DNA of 20,000 nt from an uncultured virus (IMG/VR IMGVR_UViG_2795385499_000003) (IMGVR_UViG_2795385499_000003), one strand, 5' to 3'; counted from the first letter of the stretch, positions 8,769 through 17,994 are shown. Program-made: numbers and translations. Notes: generated from the letters alone by a model not told the origin.

Positions 8769-8826
8769 ACCAGCAGCATTTAGCATAAAAAAGGCCTGAC
8801 GTTTACTGTAAACAGGCGGGTTAGAA

Positions 8827-9045
8827 ATGATTGACCGACGTACTATTGAGATGACGCTGCTACAGATTGCCCACCAGAATGGAGAGCCGTTGGACAGGCA
8901 CACGCTTTACACAATCCGAAACGGAGTAGCACAGGCCCTACAGGCGAAAGAGCGCCACCGTCAAAGGATGGCAGCGTCAGAGTTCAAATGGCAGAAACCG
9001 GCTGGAAGAAGAAATATTAAGCGTCAGGGTGCAGATGATTATTGA
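8827..9045 (+). CDS. Small phage-type hypothetical protein (72 aa)
   Basis: Helical protein-like ORF downstream of the terS remnant; 3' end overlaps the convergent gene. Confidence 0.6.
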   Translation: MIDRRTIEMTLLQIAHQNGEPLDRHTLYTIRNGVAQALQAKERHRQRMAASEFKWQKPAGRRNIKRQGADDY

Positions 9046-9640
9046 GCGTCTTAATTAGAAGGACAGCTGTGTTCCCCAAGGAACCAATATCTGAAATCTG
9101 GTGTGCTTGGAAGGTTGTTAACTTGCCGATATTCATGGTTAGGGAAACATCAATACCATCGAGAACCAGCATAGACGTGGCATGGCTCTGTGAAGCTAAA
9201 GCTAGGGACAACTTCTCTATTTTGCTTGAATCCGCATCGCTAATGGTAACCGTTAAAGATTCAGGCTCAGAACCAATGCGCCTTACGTAGGTATATGAAA
9301 GGGCATTTCCTGTAATTGAATAGTATTCCTGTTGATTGAATGGCGCCGAGGTTAGATCAAGCCTAAGCCATTCATTCTGCTTTGATAATGGATAGTTCCT
9401 GCGGTTTTTCTCGGCTTCCTTTTTGTCTAATCTGTAAAAGTTATAGCCAGCCAGAGTTAAGGCACAAATAAGCGATATTCCCCCTCCGCTTCCTACGCCG
9501 CCATGGTGTGAGCAAGCTCCCTGTATACCAATTGAAGGTGACTGCCAGCCATCTGAACACCCACCACCCAATAAAGCTTTCATTCCAAAAAACACAGTAA
9601 CAAACACAATACCTGGAACTAGCCAAAAGCGTTTTTTCAT
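9017..9640 (-). CDS. Membrane protein with DUF3761-like CxDG...GxCSxHGGV loop
   Basis: CSDGWQSPSIGIQGACSHHGGV lies between two hydrophobic segments, followed by a soluble C-terminal domain. Confidence 0.7.
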   Translation of the reverse strand: MKKRFWLVPGIVFVTVFFGMKALLGGGCSDGWQSPSIGIQGACSHHGGVGSGGGISLICALTLAGYNFYRLDKKEAEKNRRNYPLSKQNEWLRLDLTSAPFNQQEYYSITGNALSYTYVRRIGSEPESLTVTISDADSSKIEKLSLALASQSHATSMLVLDGIDVSLTMNIGKLTTFQAHQISDIGSLGNTAVLLIKTLNNHLHPDA

Positions 9641-9682
9641 TTTTCATCCATGCAACATCAATAAGCCTACCCGTTCAGGTTA

Positions 9683-10117
9683 CTAATTTCTGAGCATGGC
9701 CGCATCGACTTTAGCTTTATGGTCTGCCTGACGTTTCCATGCGCTATATATATCTTTAGTCCACGCCTTACCAGCTTTCGTCTGATAGCCTGCATCGTTA
9801 AGTCGTTCTGCGATGATGCGACCATTGTCAAAGCCCTGATTGATAGTCTCTGCAATGATGCGGATCACCTCCTGTTCATCGTATGGCAAACCCGGCACAC
9901 CCTGCTTACCGATGATAAGAGCAGCCGCGGCCACTTCCATACGTTCCACCAGCGACATTAAGCGAGCGTTAGGATTAGTCTCTGGCAGGCTCATCTTCTG
10001 CCGAATAGCATCGACCAGCCATGCTGTTTTATCACCACCAGCAGCGCTAACAGCATCAGTAAAAGCTTCGCTTAGTTCGGCTGGTACACGGAAAGTAACG
10101 GAAAGGGATTTGCTCAT
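9683..10117 (-). CDS. DNA-binding protein: N-terminal RHH plus C-terminal recombinase-domain-like HTH
   Basis: SVTFRVPAELSEAF...WLVDAIRQK fits RHH; IAERLNDAGYQTKAGKAWT fits the IAxxLNxxGxxTxxGxxW motif. Confidence 0.75.
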   Translation of the reverse strand: MSKSLSVTFRVPAELSEAFTDAVSAAGGDKTAWLVDAIRQKMSLPETNPNARLMSLVERMEVAAAALIIGKQGVPGLPYDEQEVIRIIAETINQGFDNGRIIAERLNDAGYQTKAGKAWTKDIYSAWKRQADHKAKVDAAMLRN

Positions 10118-10183
10118 AGGTCACCAGCATCAGGGGAGAAGTGAGCATTTTAGCATCGTAAGACAGTGTAAGACATGAAAAAT

Positions 10184-10305
10184 TGTTGGTTCATACTGTC
10201 CCGTTGTTGGTTCAATTGGGGGCTGTGTTGGTTCACTTTTTCCAAAATAAACCTTACAAAACAAGAATCTTTACAAATTGAACCAACTGAACCAACTGAA
10301 CTACA
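10184..10305. repeat. Iteron-like array (putative ori/crr-type cis element)
   Basis: TGTTGGTTCA at 10184, 10205 and 10226 (21-bp period), an AT-rich spacer, then inverted TGAACCAAC x2 plus TGAACTACA at 10279-10305 (9-bp period). Confidence 0.75.
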
Positions 10306-10502
10306 TGTTTTTGCATATATATAACGCAAGCGCGGCCTAAGGCTCATCATGCGCTTTCCTATTTGATGATCCAGATCTTTCAGTATCTATAAGACATATC
10401 AAAACATCTGGATCAGCTATCTAGGTCAGCGTCAAAGTAGAAGTGTGACGCAGTCATTAATCGCTGTTTAAAAAATGGGCTGACTTTGAGGTCATAAAAA
10501 CA

Positions 10503-10525
10503 TTTGGGGGTACTTTTGGGGGTAT
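10503..10525. repeat. Integrase arm-type binding direct repeat
   Basis: TTTGGGGGTAC / TTTGGGGGTAT with 12-bp period, about 55 bp before the att core; typical of P4-family integrase att arms. Confidence 0.65.
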
Positions 10526-10580
10526 GTGGAATTATATAATGCATAAAAAACATTATATAACATATACATATGTTTTATTA

Positions 10581-10600
10581 TTCAATCCTGCAGGGCGCCA
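10581..10600 (+). other. att core: degenerate duplicate of a tRNA-Arg(UCU, argU-type) 3' end
   Basis: TTCAATCCTGCAGGGCGCCA versus the recalled E. coli argU 3' end TTCGAATCCTGCAGGGCGCGCCA; flanked by arm-type repeats on both sides. Confidence 0.75.
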
Positions 10601-10714
10601 TATGTTAGCCCACCTAAGTATTTTAAAGTCCAGTCAACTCTTCAACTTCAAATACTTACCTTCCTTTTGTAGCCCGTTAACGTACACCGTCATATTTCAA
10701 AACCCACGCTGTTT

Positions 10715-10735
10715 TGTTGGTACCTGTGTTGGTAT
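10715..10735. repeat. Arm-type direct repeat of the second element
   Basis: TGTTGGTAC / TGTTGGTAT with 12-bp period, just upstream of the integrase remnant. Confidence 0.6.
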
Positions 10736-10779
10736 TTTAAGTTCGAAAATGCAGATACCATCAGAAGATGGGTTTTAGT

Positions 10780-11341
10780 ATGGCGCTCACTGAGTTAACA
10801 ATAAGAAATACAAAGCCTTCTGATAAACCTGTCAAATTGACAGACGGTAATGGTATGCATCATTCCCGGAAAGCGACAACCTATGAAGGGGGTAAAATAT
10901 TCTGCAAGAGGGGCAAAGATGAAAACCCCACATCTGGCTCCACTAAGCACTCAAGCTAAAGCGCTCCTGGAAGAGCTTCACTCGATCAGTAGTGATAAAG
11001 AACTTATGTTCAATAGTTTTACCAGGGACGACAAACTTGTCAGTGCAAACACCCTCAACAAAGCACTCAGGACGATGGGCTACGATACGAAAGCAGAAGC
11101 CTGCGGGCATGGTGTCAGGACTATAGCGTGTGCCTTAATCGAATCGGGGTTATGGTCGAGAGATGCTGTGGAAAGACAAATCAGCCACCAGGAACGCAAC
11201 AGTGTCCGAGCTGCATACATACATCAAGCGGAGCATTTGGAAGAACGGAGACTTATGTTGCAATGGTGGGCTGACTACCTCGAAGCATGTAAAAAAGGGG
11301 CACTAACACCTTTCTCCTTTTCAAAAGGTTCAGGATTTTGA
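10780..11341 (+). pseudogene. int: P4-family tyrosine integrase with a large internal deletion
   Basis: MALTELTIRNTKPSDKPVKLTDGNGMH (start of arm-binding domain) is joined out of frame at about 10860 to the catalytic C-terminus (KMKTPH..PLS.QA, HGVR, QISH, RAAY). Confidence 0.9.
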
Positions 11342-11596
11342 GACGGATAATTATCCTGTAAACAGGAACTTCTTGAGATTTACATTCTAAATAAATTTCT
11401 TATCTATTGATTCACTTTGTCCAAAAGCAAAGCGCAATTGATAAAGAATAGTTGCTTACTTGTTAAGGCACTCTACTTTGATGGGAAAAACGCCATAACC
11501 TTTTCGAATAACTGAACGTTAAGGAAAATATTAATTTCAGGATTGCGGTAAAATTGTATGATAGTTACTTATTTAACTGAAAGGGATTGATTTGGA

Positions 11597-12400
11597 ATGA
11601 AAGGAATCGATAAAAGACTAATCATCTTCACCACAAAAAAAAGATTCAATGACAGAAATGCCGATGACATGCAAAGTGGCGACATGGATGTTGATACACT
11701 GAAAAAGCATTATCATCTTGGACAAGTATCAACTTTCATAGACTGGAATACTTTTGGTCCCTCTTATCAGCATCCCGCTACTAACTCCATCCGGCCAGTT
11801 AGTAGAGAAAGAGCCATAGGGATGTTATACGATGAACTGAGATCTCAGGGCTATGTCTTTTCTTTCCGAGGACCATACCAGGGCTTGATCATAGATCTTT
11901 TCAATCATATGCAGCGCAGTAATGGAAAAGATTATCAGCATCCGACTATGAACAATGCCTACAGAAATCTCATTTTGAGTGACAACTCTGCCGATAGCAC
12001 ATTATCCATAATTAAAAACACTATCGAGCAATTTGATTTCAACAAGTCCGAATTGACGAAAGAACATTCTTCAGCTGTGTTATCTAAAAGCCATTTACCT
12101 AAATACACAAGATGGAAAGATTTCATCAATGGTATGGGGATTACCGTCCATGACATAAACAGCACAGAAATTTCTATCGAAAGCTTGACCTTCCAGGGAA
12201 ATAAATATACTGCGGTTGTCAAATACAGAGCACAAGACCATTTTGGCTTAGATAAAGAAGATATATTAAAGGCTAAATTCAACTCTATTACTTTCTTTAG
12301 AATATGGTTCGTTTTACAGAGGGCTAAGCATTTGACTCAAAAGCCATTTTTCACAAATTTCGAAGCCACTATAACATTGACAGGAGAAAACAATGTTTAA
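11597..12400 (+). CDS. DUF3289 / YPO3983-family protein (divergent copy 0)
   Basis: ADDMQSGD, NGMGITVHD, QDHFGLD and FFRIWFVLQR motifs shared with three downstream paralogues. Confidence 0.85.
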   Translation: MKGIDKRLIIFTTKKRFNDRNADDMQSGDMDVDTLKKHYHLGQVSTFIDWNTFGPSYQHPATNSIRPVSRERAIGMLYDELRSQGYVFSFRGPYQGLIIDLFNHMQRSNGKDYQHPTMNNAYRNLILSDNSADSTLSIIKNTIEQFDFNKSELTKEHSSAVLSKSHLPKYTRWKDFINGMGITVHDINSTEISIESLTFQGNKYTAVVKYRAQDHFGLDKEDILKAKFNSITFFRIWFVLQRAKHLTQKPFFTNFEATITLTGENNV

Positions 12401-12845
12401 CTATAAAAGGATTGGAGTAATTTTAGTTTCTTTAATAATAGCATACTGCATATGGATTATTATAAGACCAGCTAAAATAGTCAGAATTGATAATGGTGCG
12501 GTTTTTGTAGAACATTTACCGATGACTACAGAAGGGAAACTAAACTGGTGGTTGAAAAACAGAGAGTTACTTGAGAATAAATATCACATCTTCAATACCC
12601 CTAATAACTTCACAGTTACCGTCATGAATTTCGGTGGTTATGAAAAATTACCAACCGGAACCAGAGATGGTTCAATTGATGACTATACTTGCTTTAATGA
12701 TACTAATGGCGAGCATAAGAAATGTGTTTATAACAGCATAGCGTTAGTCGTTAGGGGTAGCCTAAATGGTAAAGTTTTTATAACAATAGACGGTAAAACT
12801 TATCTTCAAACCGGTAATGATAAAGCTATAATTTATAAAAAGTAA
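12393..12845 (+). CDS. DUF943-family membrane-anchored protein (copy 0)
   Basis: N-terminal TM, P.T..GK..WWL.N and FG.GY motifs; overlaps the DUF3289 stop. Confidence 0.8.
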   Translation: MFNYKRIGVILVSLIIAYCIWIIIRPAKIVRIDNGAVFVEHLPMTTEGKLNWWLKNRELLENKYHIFNTPNNFTVTVMNFGGYEKLPTGTRDGSIDDYTCFNDTNGEHKKCVYNSIALVVRGSLNGKVFITIDGKTYLQTGNDKAIIYKK

Positions 12846-12872
12846 GCCATGTAATCCAAGGCACAATTGAAA

Positions 12873-13097
12873 ATAAAAAATACTTTTAGCATTAATGCTT
12901 TTTACTCCTTTATCATTTGCCGATTCTAATGTTAAAGGTGCGGAAACAGCCGCGCTGAATTTCAACAAAGGGTATGTTGATTAGCTTATGCAGGATAAAT
13001 CTCATCTGACTGATTACTCATCCATTTCAAAATATGTAACAAGTGACACGATCAGTACTTTGAAGAAGCTATACTGCGGGGATAGCAATGATGTAGA
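12873..13097 (+). pseudogene. Truncated signal-peptide protein remnant, DUF3828-like
   Basis: KILLALMLFTPLSFA-DSNVKGAETAALNFNKGYVD*LMQDKSHLTDYSSISKYVTSDTISTLKKLY; start lost, TAG at 12982, cut off at 13098. Confidence 0.5.
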
Positions 13098-13352
13098 ACG
13101 CCAGCGCCACCAGCACAGGATATGACGTATGGCGGTCAGGTGCAGTTACAGGCAGCGGCCAGCAATCCGATTGCCTCCATGACCAGCAACGCTATCAGCA
13201 ATTCATCCCGGCAGGTTTCACAGCGTACCGGCGTGCGGATCGACAATATCGAGATCCAGACGCAGGCCACTGATGCGAAAGTTATAGCGCAGGAGATTCC
13301 CGGAAATCTTAAAGATGCCACATGGTATTTTAATGTTGGCCTGAGAGCGTAA
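13098..13352 (+). pseudogene. C-terminal remnant of a phage tape-measure-like gene
   Basis: VRIDNIEIQTQATDAKVIAQEI...GLRA* resembles TMP C-termini; 13098-13228 is near-identical to 17856-17986. Confidence 0.6.
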
Positions 13353-13413
13353 AGCGACCACTATCCCCCTGCCTGGAATCTGCAAAAAAATTACGGGCAG
13401 AGGCTGTACAATG

Positions 13414-13485
13414 TTTACACTCTGACCTTTCACCGCGTATTATTCCCTGTGAGGAACTCCACGGACGATAACACAAGGAATGTGT
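13414..13485 (+). promoter_or_regulatory. Putative sigma70 promoter plus CsrA-type SD hairpin (copy A; also 15371-15442 and 18027-18098)
   Basis: TTTACA-N18-TATTAT is kept in all three copies although the spacer sequence differs in copy B; ACACA-AGGAA-TGTGT hairpin covers the SD. Confidence 0.6.
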
Positions 13486-13489
13486 CACG

Positions 13490-14341
13490 ATGACCGGGCT
13501 ACAGTTTCCCTGCACCCTATTTAAAACCCAGAAGTGGATGGACGACTACAGCGCCAGTGATATGCGCTGCGGCGATCTGACCGAGGCACAGTTAAAATCA
13601 TATTACCGCCTGGATTACATTTCTGACCGGGTTGACCCTTATACACTGACCCGGCGTTCTCCAATGGATCGTCCTCAGTCCATGTTCTGCTGTAATCTGC
13701 GTCCAGCAGGTGAGAAAATTACCCGCCAGCAGTGTGCCGCTATCCTGTTTGATGAGTTTCGTCAGCTATCCCGCCTGTTTTCGGTATATGGGCCATACCG
13801 CCATCTGAACGAAAAGATGATCACTCACATGCAGAACGGCAATAGTACGCCCTTCCGGGATATGGCACTGGACAGGGCATTGAAAGAGCATATTCTTAAT
13901 GACAGGACAAAAAATAGCACACGTTTGTTATTGAAAGAAGCATTTAATACCTATATCGATTGGGAACGTAAATTCTTTCCAGCAGAGGAGAAAGACAGGC
14001 TAAGAAAAGTCATTCTGGATGGCAGATTACCCAAATTTGACAGGTTCCAGGATAATTTCAACGGCATGGGTATTACCGTTCATGATACCTGGGCAACGCA
14101 TATCACTATAAATTCACTGCACATTGAAAATGATTGATACCGGGCAGTGGTGCATTACAAGGTGCAGGATCACTTCGGCCTCGACAGCGATGATATACTG
14201 AAAACAAAATTCAGCCAGTTTCATTTCTTCCGCATCTGGTTTGTACTCCAGCGATACAATCAGTTCGGTTTTAAACCTTTTATGACCAATATGGAAGCAA
14301 CCGTAGAAATCACAGGGGGGCGAAATGACAGTAATAAATAA
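13490..14341 (+). pseudogene. DUF3289-family gene, copy A, single in-frame nonsense codon
   Basis: TGA at 14135-14137 where copy B has CGA; frame continues to 14341 and aligns with paralogues. Confidence 0.9.
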
Positions 14342-14789
14342 AAAAATGCTTTATTCTCTGTTACTGATTGGCTGCGCCCTGTTGGGCGTCTTCCTGTGGC
14401 TGTCGTTACGTTCGGTAGAGGTTGTAGCGGTTCATGAGGATGGGGAGTTTAGCTCTGTTCTTGTAAGAAACTTTCCTTTTACTGATCGGGGTAAAATAAG
14501 CTGGTGGCTAAAAAATAAGGATATTTTAAAAGTAAAATATAATATTCCAAAACCTGCAGATGACGGGTTTTTCTCCATAGTATTTTGGGATTTTGGTGAT
14601 GGCTACAAAGAAGAAGGGAAATATGACAGGCGTTGCTTTGAAGATATGAAACCACCTAAAAACTGTATAGAAAAAAACAGAGTTTTCTCAGTTAGTGACA
14701 GTAAAAACATGGGCCTTTCTTTTACTACCCATGATGAAATATATCGCATGAGGAAAAACGGGAAGATAGTGAAAGACGAATCCAATTAG
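14325..14789 (+). CDS. DUF943-family protein (copy A)
   Basis: TM anchor; FPFTDRGKISWWLKN, FWDFGDGYKE and two conserved Cys. Confidence 0.85.
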   Translation: MTVINKKMLYSLLLIGCALLGVFLWLSLRSVEVVAVHEDGEFSSVLVRNFPFTDRGKISWWLKNKDILKVKYNIPKPADDGFFSIVFWDFGDGYKEEGKYDRRCFEDMKPPKNCIEKNRVFSVSDSKNMGLSFTTHDEIYRMRKNGKIVKDESN

Positions 14790-14967
14790 TCTTTGCCGCC
14801 CTCGCGTAGAGACAGCAATAAAATCATCCCCTGCCCGGCTTGCATCAGCCCTGCATAAGTATCATAAGCTCAGGAGGCTATCTCGACGGAGAGAAAAGCG
14901 GCAACGCCTTACCGCCTGCCTTAACCCTCTTTCAGTAAGACGATTGCGTGGATGGCGACCGTAACAG

Positions 14968-15243
14968 ATGAAACCCGAACCAAAGCCCTTTTAGGTATCC
15001 TATTGAAAATCCTTCAATGACTGTTGGCCTCGCGGCAATCAATGCCGCAGAACCACCTTTCAGGGTAGAACCTCGCCATCTTAACGCCTGGTTAAAGGAG
15101 GGCGCCATAGCCTGTTATATGCTGATGGACGACATACGGGAACTGTGGAACCGTGAAGGGTCGGGGTGCCGTTCGAACAGATGTTCGGTAAAGTTAAAAA
15201 GTGTACGCTGAATGCAAATTGTCGAACGGATATGGAAAGGCAT
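14968..15243 (+). pseudogene. Frameshifted copy of the conserved third ORF (orfX, copy A)
   Basis: Aligns with 16909..17256, with frameshifts near 14992 and 15161; fused to a TMP tail remnant at about 15244. Confidence 0.7.
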
Positions 15244-15310
15244 TGCGCAGGAGATCCTCGGAAATCTTAAAGATGTCACATGGCATTTTGAGGATGGCCT
15301 GAGAGCATAG
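15244..15310 (+). pseudogene. Short tape-measure-like C-terminal remnant
   Basis: AQEILGNLKDVTWHFEDGLRA* versus AQEIPGNLKDATWYFNVGLRA* at 13287-13352. Confidence 0.6.
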
Positions 15311-15446
15311 ATTGTCCACTATTCCCCTGTCCGAAAACGGTAAAAAATTACGGGCAGGGACTGTACAAAGTTTACACTTTAACCCCCCAGCGCGTATTAT
15401 TCCCTGTGAAGACCTCAAAGGACGATAACACAAGGAATGTGTCACG

Positions 15447-16292
15447 ATGGCCGCACTACAGCTTCCCTGTACCATATTCACTACCCAAAATCGTATGGAC
15501 GACTACGGCGCTAAAGATATGCGCTGCGGCGACTTAACCGAAGCACAGTTAAAATTCCATTACCGCCTGGATTACATTTCTGACCGGGTTGCCCCTTATA
15601 CACTGACCCGGCGTTCCCCAATGGATCGTCCTCAGTCCATGTTCTGTTGTAATCTGCGTCCAGCAGGTGAAAAAATTACTCGCCAGCAGTGTGCCGCTAT
15701 CCTGTTTGATGAGTTTCGTCAGCTATCCCGCCTGTTTTCGGTATATGGGCCATACCGCCATCTGATTGAGAAGATGATCACCCATATGCAAAACGGTAAT
15801 GGCAGACCCTTCAGTGATATCTCGCTGAACCGGGCATTGAGGGAGCATATTTTTAATGATAAAACTGAGAAGAGTACATTATTGAGAATAAAAGAAACTC
15901 TTAATGAAAACATAGACTGGAATAATAAATACTATCCAACTGTGAAAAAAGAAAAACTATACGAAGTAATATCTTTTGGTAAGCTACCTAAATTTGACAG
16001 ATTCCAGGATAACTTTAATGGGATGGGAATCACCGTTCACGATACCTGGGCAACACATATCACTATAAAATCACTACATATTGAAAATGACCGATACCGA
16101 GCAATGGTACATTATAAGGTACAGGATCACTTCGGACTTGACGATAATGATATACTGAAAACAAAATTCAGCCAGTTCCATTTCTTCCGCATCTGGTTTG
16201 TTCTCCAGCGGTACAATCAGATTGGCTTTAGGCCATTTATGACCAATATGGAAGCCACTGTAGAGATTACAGGAGGTAGTAATGAAAACTAA
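15447..16292 (+). CDS. DUF3289-family protein (copy B)
   Basis: Intact 281-aa paralogue with all family motifs. Confidence 0.9.
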   Translation: MAALQLPCTIFTTQNRMDDYGAKDMRCGDLTEAQLKFHYRLDYISDRVAPYTLTRRSPMDRPQSMFCCNLRPAGEKITRQQCAAILFDEFRQLSRLFSVYGPYRHLIEKMITHMQNGNGRPFSDISLNRALREHIFNDKTEKSTLLRIKETLNENIDWNNKYYPTVKKEKLYEVISFGKLPKFDRFQDNFNGMGITVHDTWATHITIKSLHIENDRYRAMVHYKVQDHFGLDDNDILKTKFSQFHFFRIWFVLQRYNQIGFRPFMTNMEATVEITGGSNEN

Positions 16293-16746
16293 CCTAAAAA
16301 AAATTCTGTTGGCTTTTGTTGTTGCCGGCTGTGCGCTGGCGGGCTATCTTTTGTGGTTGACCTCACGCCCGGTTGAAATTGTTGCAGTTCACCACAGAAG
16401 TAGTGGCTTCAGCGCTATTTTAGTAAAAAACTTCCCTTTAACCGACAAGGGGAAAATTAGCTGGTGGCTGGAAAATAGCAAAAATATCGAGAAAGAATAT
16501 CAAATCCCCATACCTGATAAGGATGGCTCTTTTTATCTAACTTTTTGGTTGTTTGGTGATGGATATAAAGAAGAAAAATACGACAGACTATGTTTTGATG
16601 ATATGAGAACAAAAATGAACTGCATCGATAAAGAACCAGTATTTACTATCAAACGATTTAACTATGAAAGAGAGATGTTTATTACTTATGAAGGGCGTTA
16701 TAAATTAAAAGATAACGGGGAGATAATGAAAATTCATCGTGAATAG
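16282..16746 (+). CDS. DUF943-family protein (copy B)
   Basis: Intact paralogue overlapping the DUF3289 stop. Confidence 0.85.
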   Translation: MKTNLKKILLAFVVAGCALAGYLLWLTSRPVEIVAVHHRSSGFSAILVKNFPLTDKGKISWWLENSKNIEKEYQIPIPDKDGSFYLTFWLFGDGYKEEKYDRLCFDDMRTKMNCIDKEPVFTIKRFNYEREMFITYEGRYKLKDNGEIMKIHRE

Positions 16747-16908
16747 AACCGCTCTCTCTCGCGTAGAGACTACAACAAAATCATTCTTCCTGACCGTCAT
16801 GTAGTAAAATATTTAGGAGGCTATCCCGACGGAAAGAAAAGCGGTAACGCCTTACCGCCTGCCTCAACTCCTTTAGTAAGACGCTGGTGTGTGAGGCGAA
16901 CGTAACAG

Positions 16909-17256
16909 ATGAAATCAGAACCAAAGCCTTTCAGGTATCCTTTTGAAACACCCTCAATAGCTGTTGGCCTCGCGGCGATCAATGCTACAGAATCCTCTTT
17001 CAGGATCGAGCCTTGCCATCTTGAGGCCTGGTTTAAGAAAGGCACAATAGCCCGCTATCTGCTGTTGGACGACATACGGGAACTGTGGAACCGTGAAGGG
17101 TTCGGAGAGCCGTTAGAAAAGGTATCCGGGAAAGTTAAAAACTGTAAGCTGATTGCAAGTTGTCAACTGATATGGAGTGGAGTCGAACAGAAGCAGGCGA
17201 GACGCCAGCTTATAGTGTTTTTTGCATTGATACCCGCCGAGGCTCTGTATCAGTAA
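16909..17256 (+). CDS. Hypothetical protein orfX (copy B, open frame; C-terminus may be non-native)
   Basis: Three copies differ by many synonymous third-position changes in this frame and share DDIRELWNREG. Confidence 0.55.
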   Translation: MKSEPKPFRYPFETPSIAVGLAAINATESSFRIEPCHLEAWFKKGTIARYLLLDDIRELWNREGFGEPLEKVSGKVKNCKLIASCQLIWSGVEQKQARRQLIVFFALIPAEALYQ

Positions 17257-17544
17257 GATTGCGAAGAATCCCCTACCGCTGCTCGTAACACCGACAAAGG
17301 GATAAACTCCGCTGACTTCACGTCTTTTGATTTTCCAATGCCAGAACCGGTACTACCTCACTATGAGGCACAAAAGATTTAGGCAATGATCCACGGCTTC
17401 AACCCATCTGAAAGCATAACCGTAAGCCGGGTATGCATTGTCGCCCGCAGCTTTCCCGGCCTTAGCAACCCCCCCGCCCCCACCAAAAGGGTTAGAGGCT
17501 CCTGTACCGCCATTTCCACCACCACCATCGCCACCCGAAATATA

Positions 17545-17994
17545 AAATTCCCCGAACTGAATAAATTCCTTCAGGCGTCGAAAGAGGAAGTAACAGCGCT
17601 GTAGGATCCGTTTGCGATGCTGCTCACCGATCCGCTGCAATGGATGACGCAGGCGATACCGTCTTTAGCTTCCTCACCAGCGCAGGCAAAGAAATATCCG
17701 AACTGTGGAACGGGCTGGAAAAGCTGATTGATAAGGTGGTGGGTATTGCCCTGAAAGGCTTTGGCGAAATCGGCAAAGCATGGCAGAAGGTGAAAGGCTG
17801 GTTCGGCATGGGCGAGGACGAAGTAGCGAAGGCCGAAAGCGAAGCAAAACCTGTTACGCCAGCGCCACCAGCACAGGATATGACGTATGGCGGTCAGGTG
17901 CAGTTACAGACAGCGGCCAGCAATCCGATTGCCTCCATGACCAGCAACGCTATCAGCAATTCATCCCGGCAGGTTTCACAGCGTACAGACGTGC
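17545..17994 (+). pseudogene. Degraded tape-measure-like gene fragment
   Basis: KFPELNKFLQ...*; ISELWNGLEKLIDKVVG...IGKAWQKVKGWFG (W/F-spaced amphipathic repeats). About 145 bp deleted relative to 13237-13380. Confidence 0.6.

Larger units (their letters stand above)
1..10600. mobile_element. Right part of an integrated phage satellite (PICI/P4-like) or degenerate prophage, ending at an att site derived from tRNA-Arg
   Basis: Phage-type genes (TMP, DUF5681, DUF6246, terS remnant), iteron-like repeats at 10184-10305, arm-type repeats at 10503-10525 and a tRNA 3'-end copy at 10581-10600. The left end lies outside the window. Confidence 0.7.

Noticed and set aside
10184..10305. CRISPR-like array
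   Set aside because: 10-bp repeats with 11-bp gaps and inverted copies, and no cas genes; fits iterons instead.
10581..10600. Functional tRNA gene
   Set aside because: Only a degenerate 3'-terminal fragment; no D or anticodon arm upstream.
10850..11341. Functional standalone 163-aa integrase
   Set aside because: Lacks the core-binding domain and first catalytic Arg; product of a deletion.
14135..14137. Selenocysteine or programmed readthrough at TGA
   Set aside because: The paralogues have Arg (CGA) or Ser at this position, not Cys; a C-to-T nonsense change is simpler.
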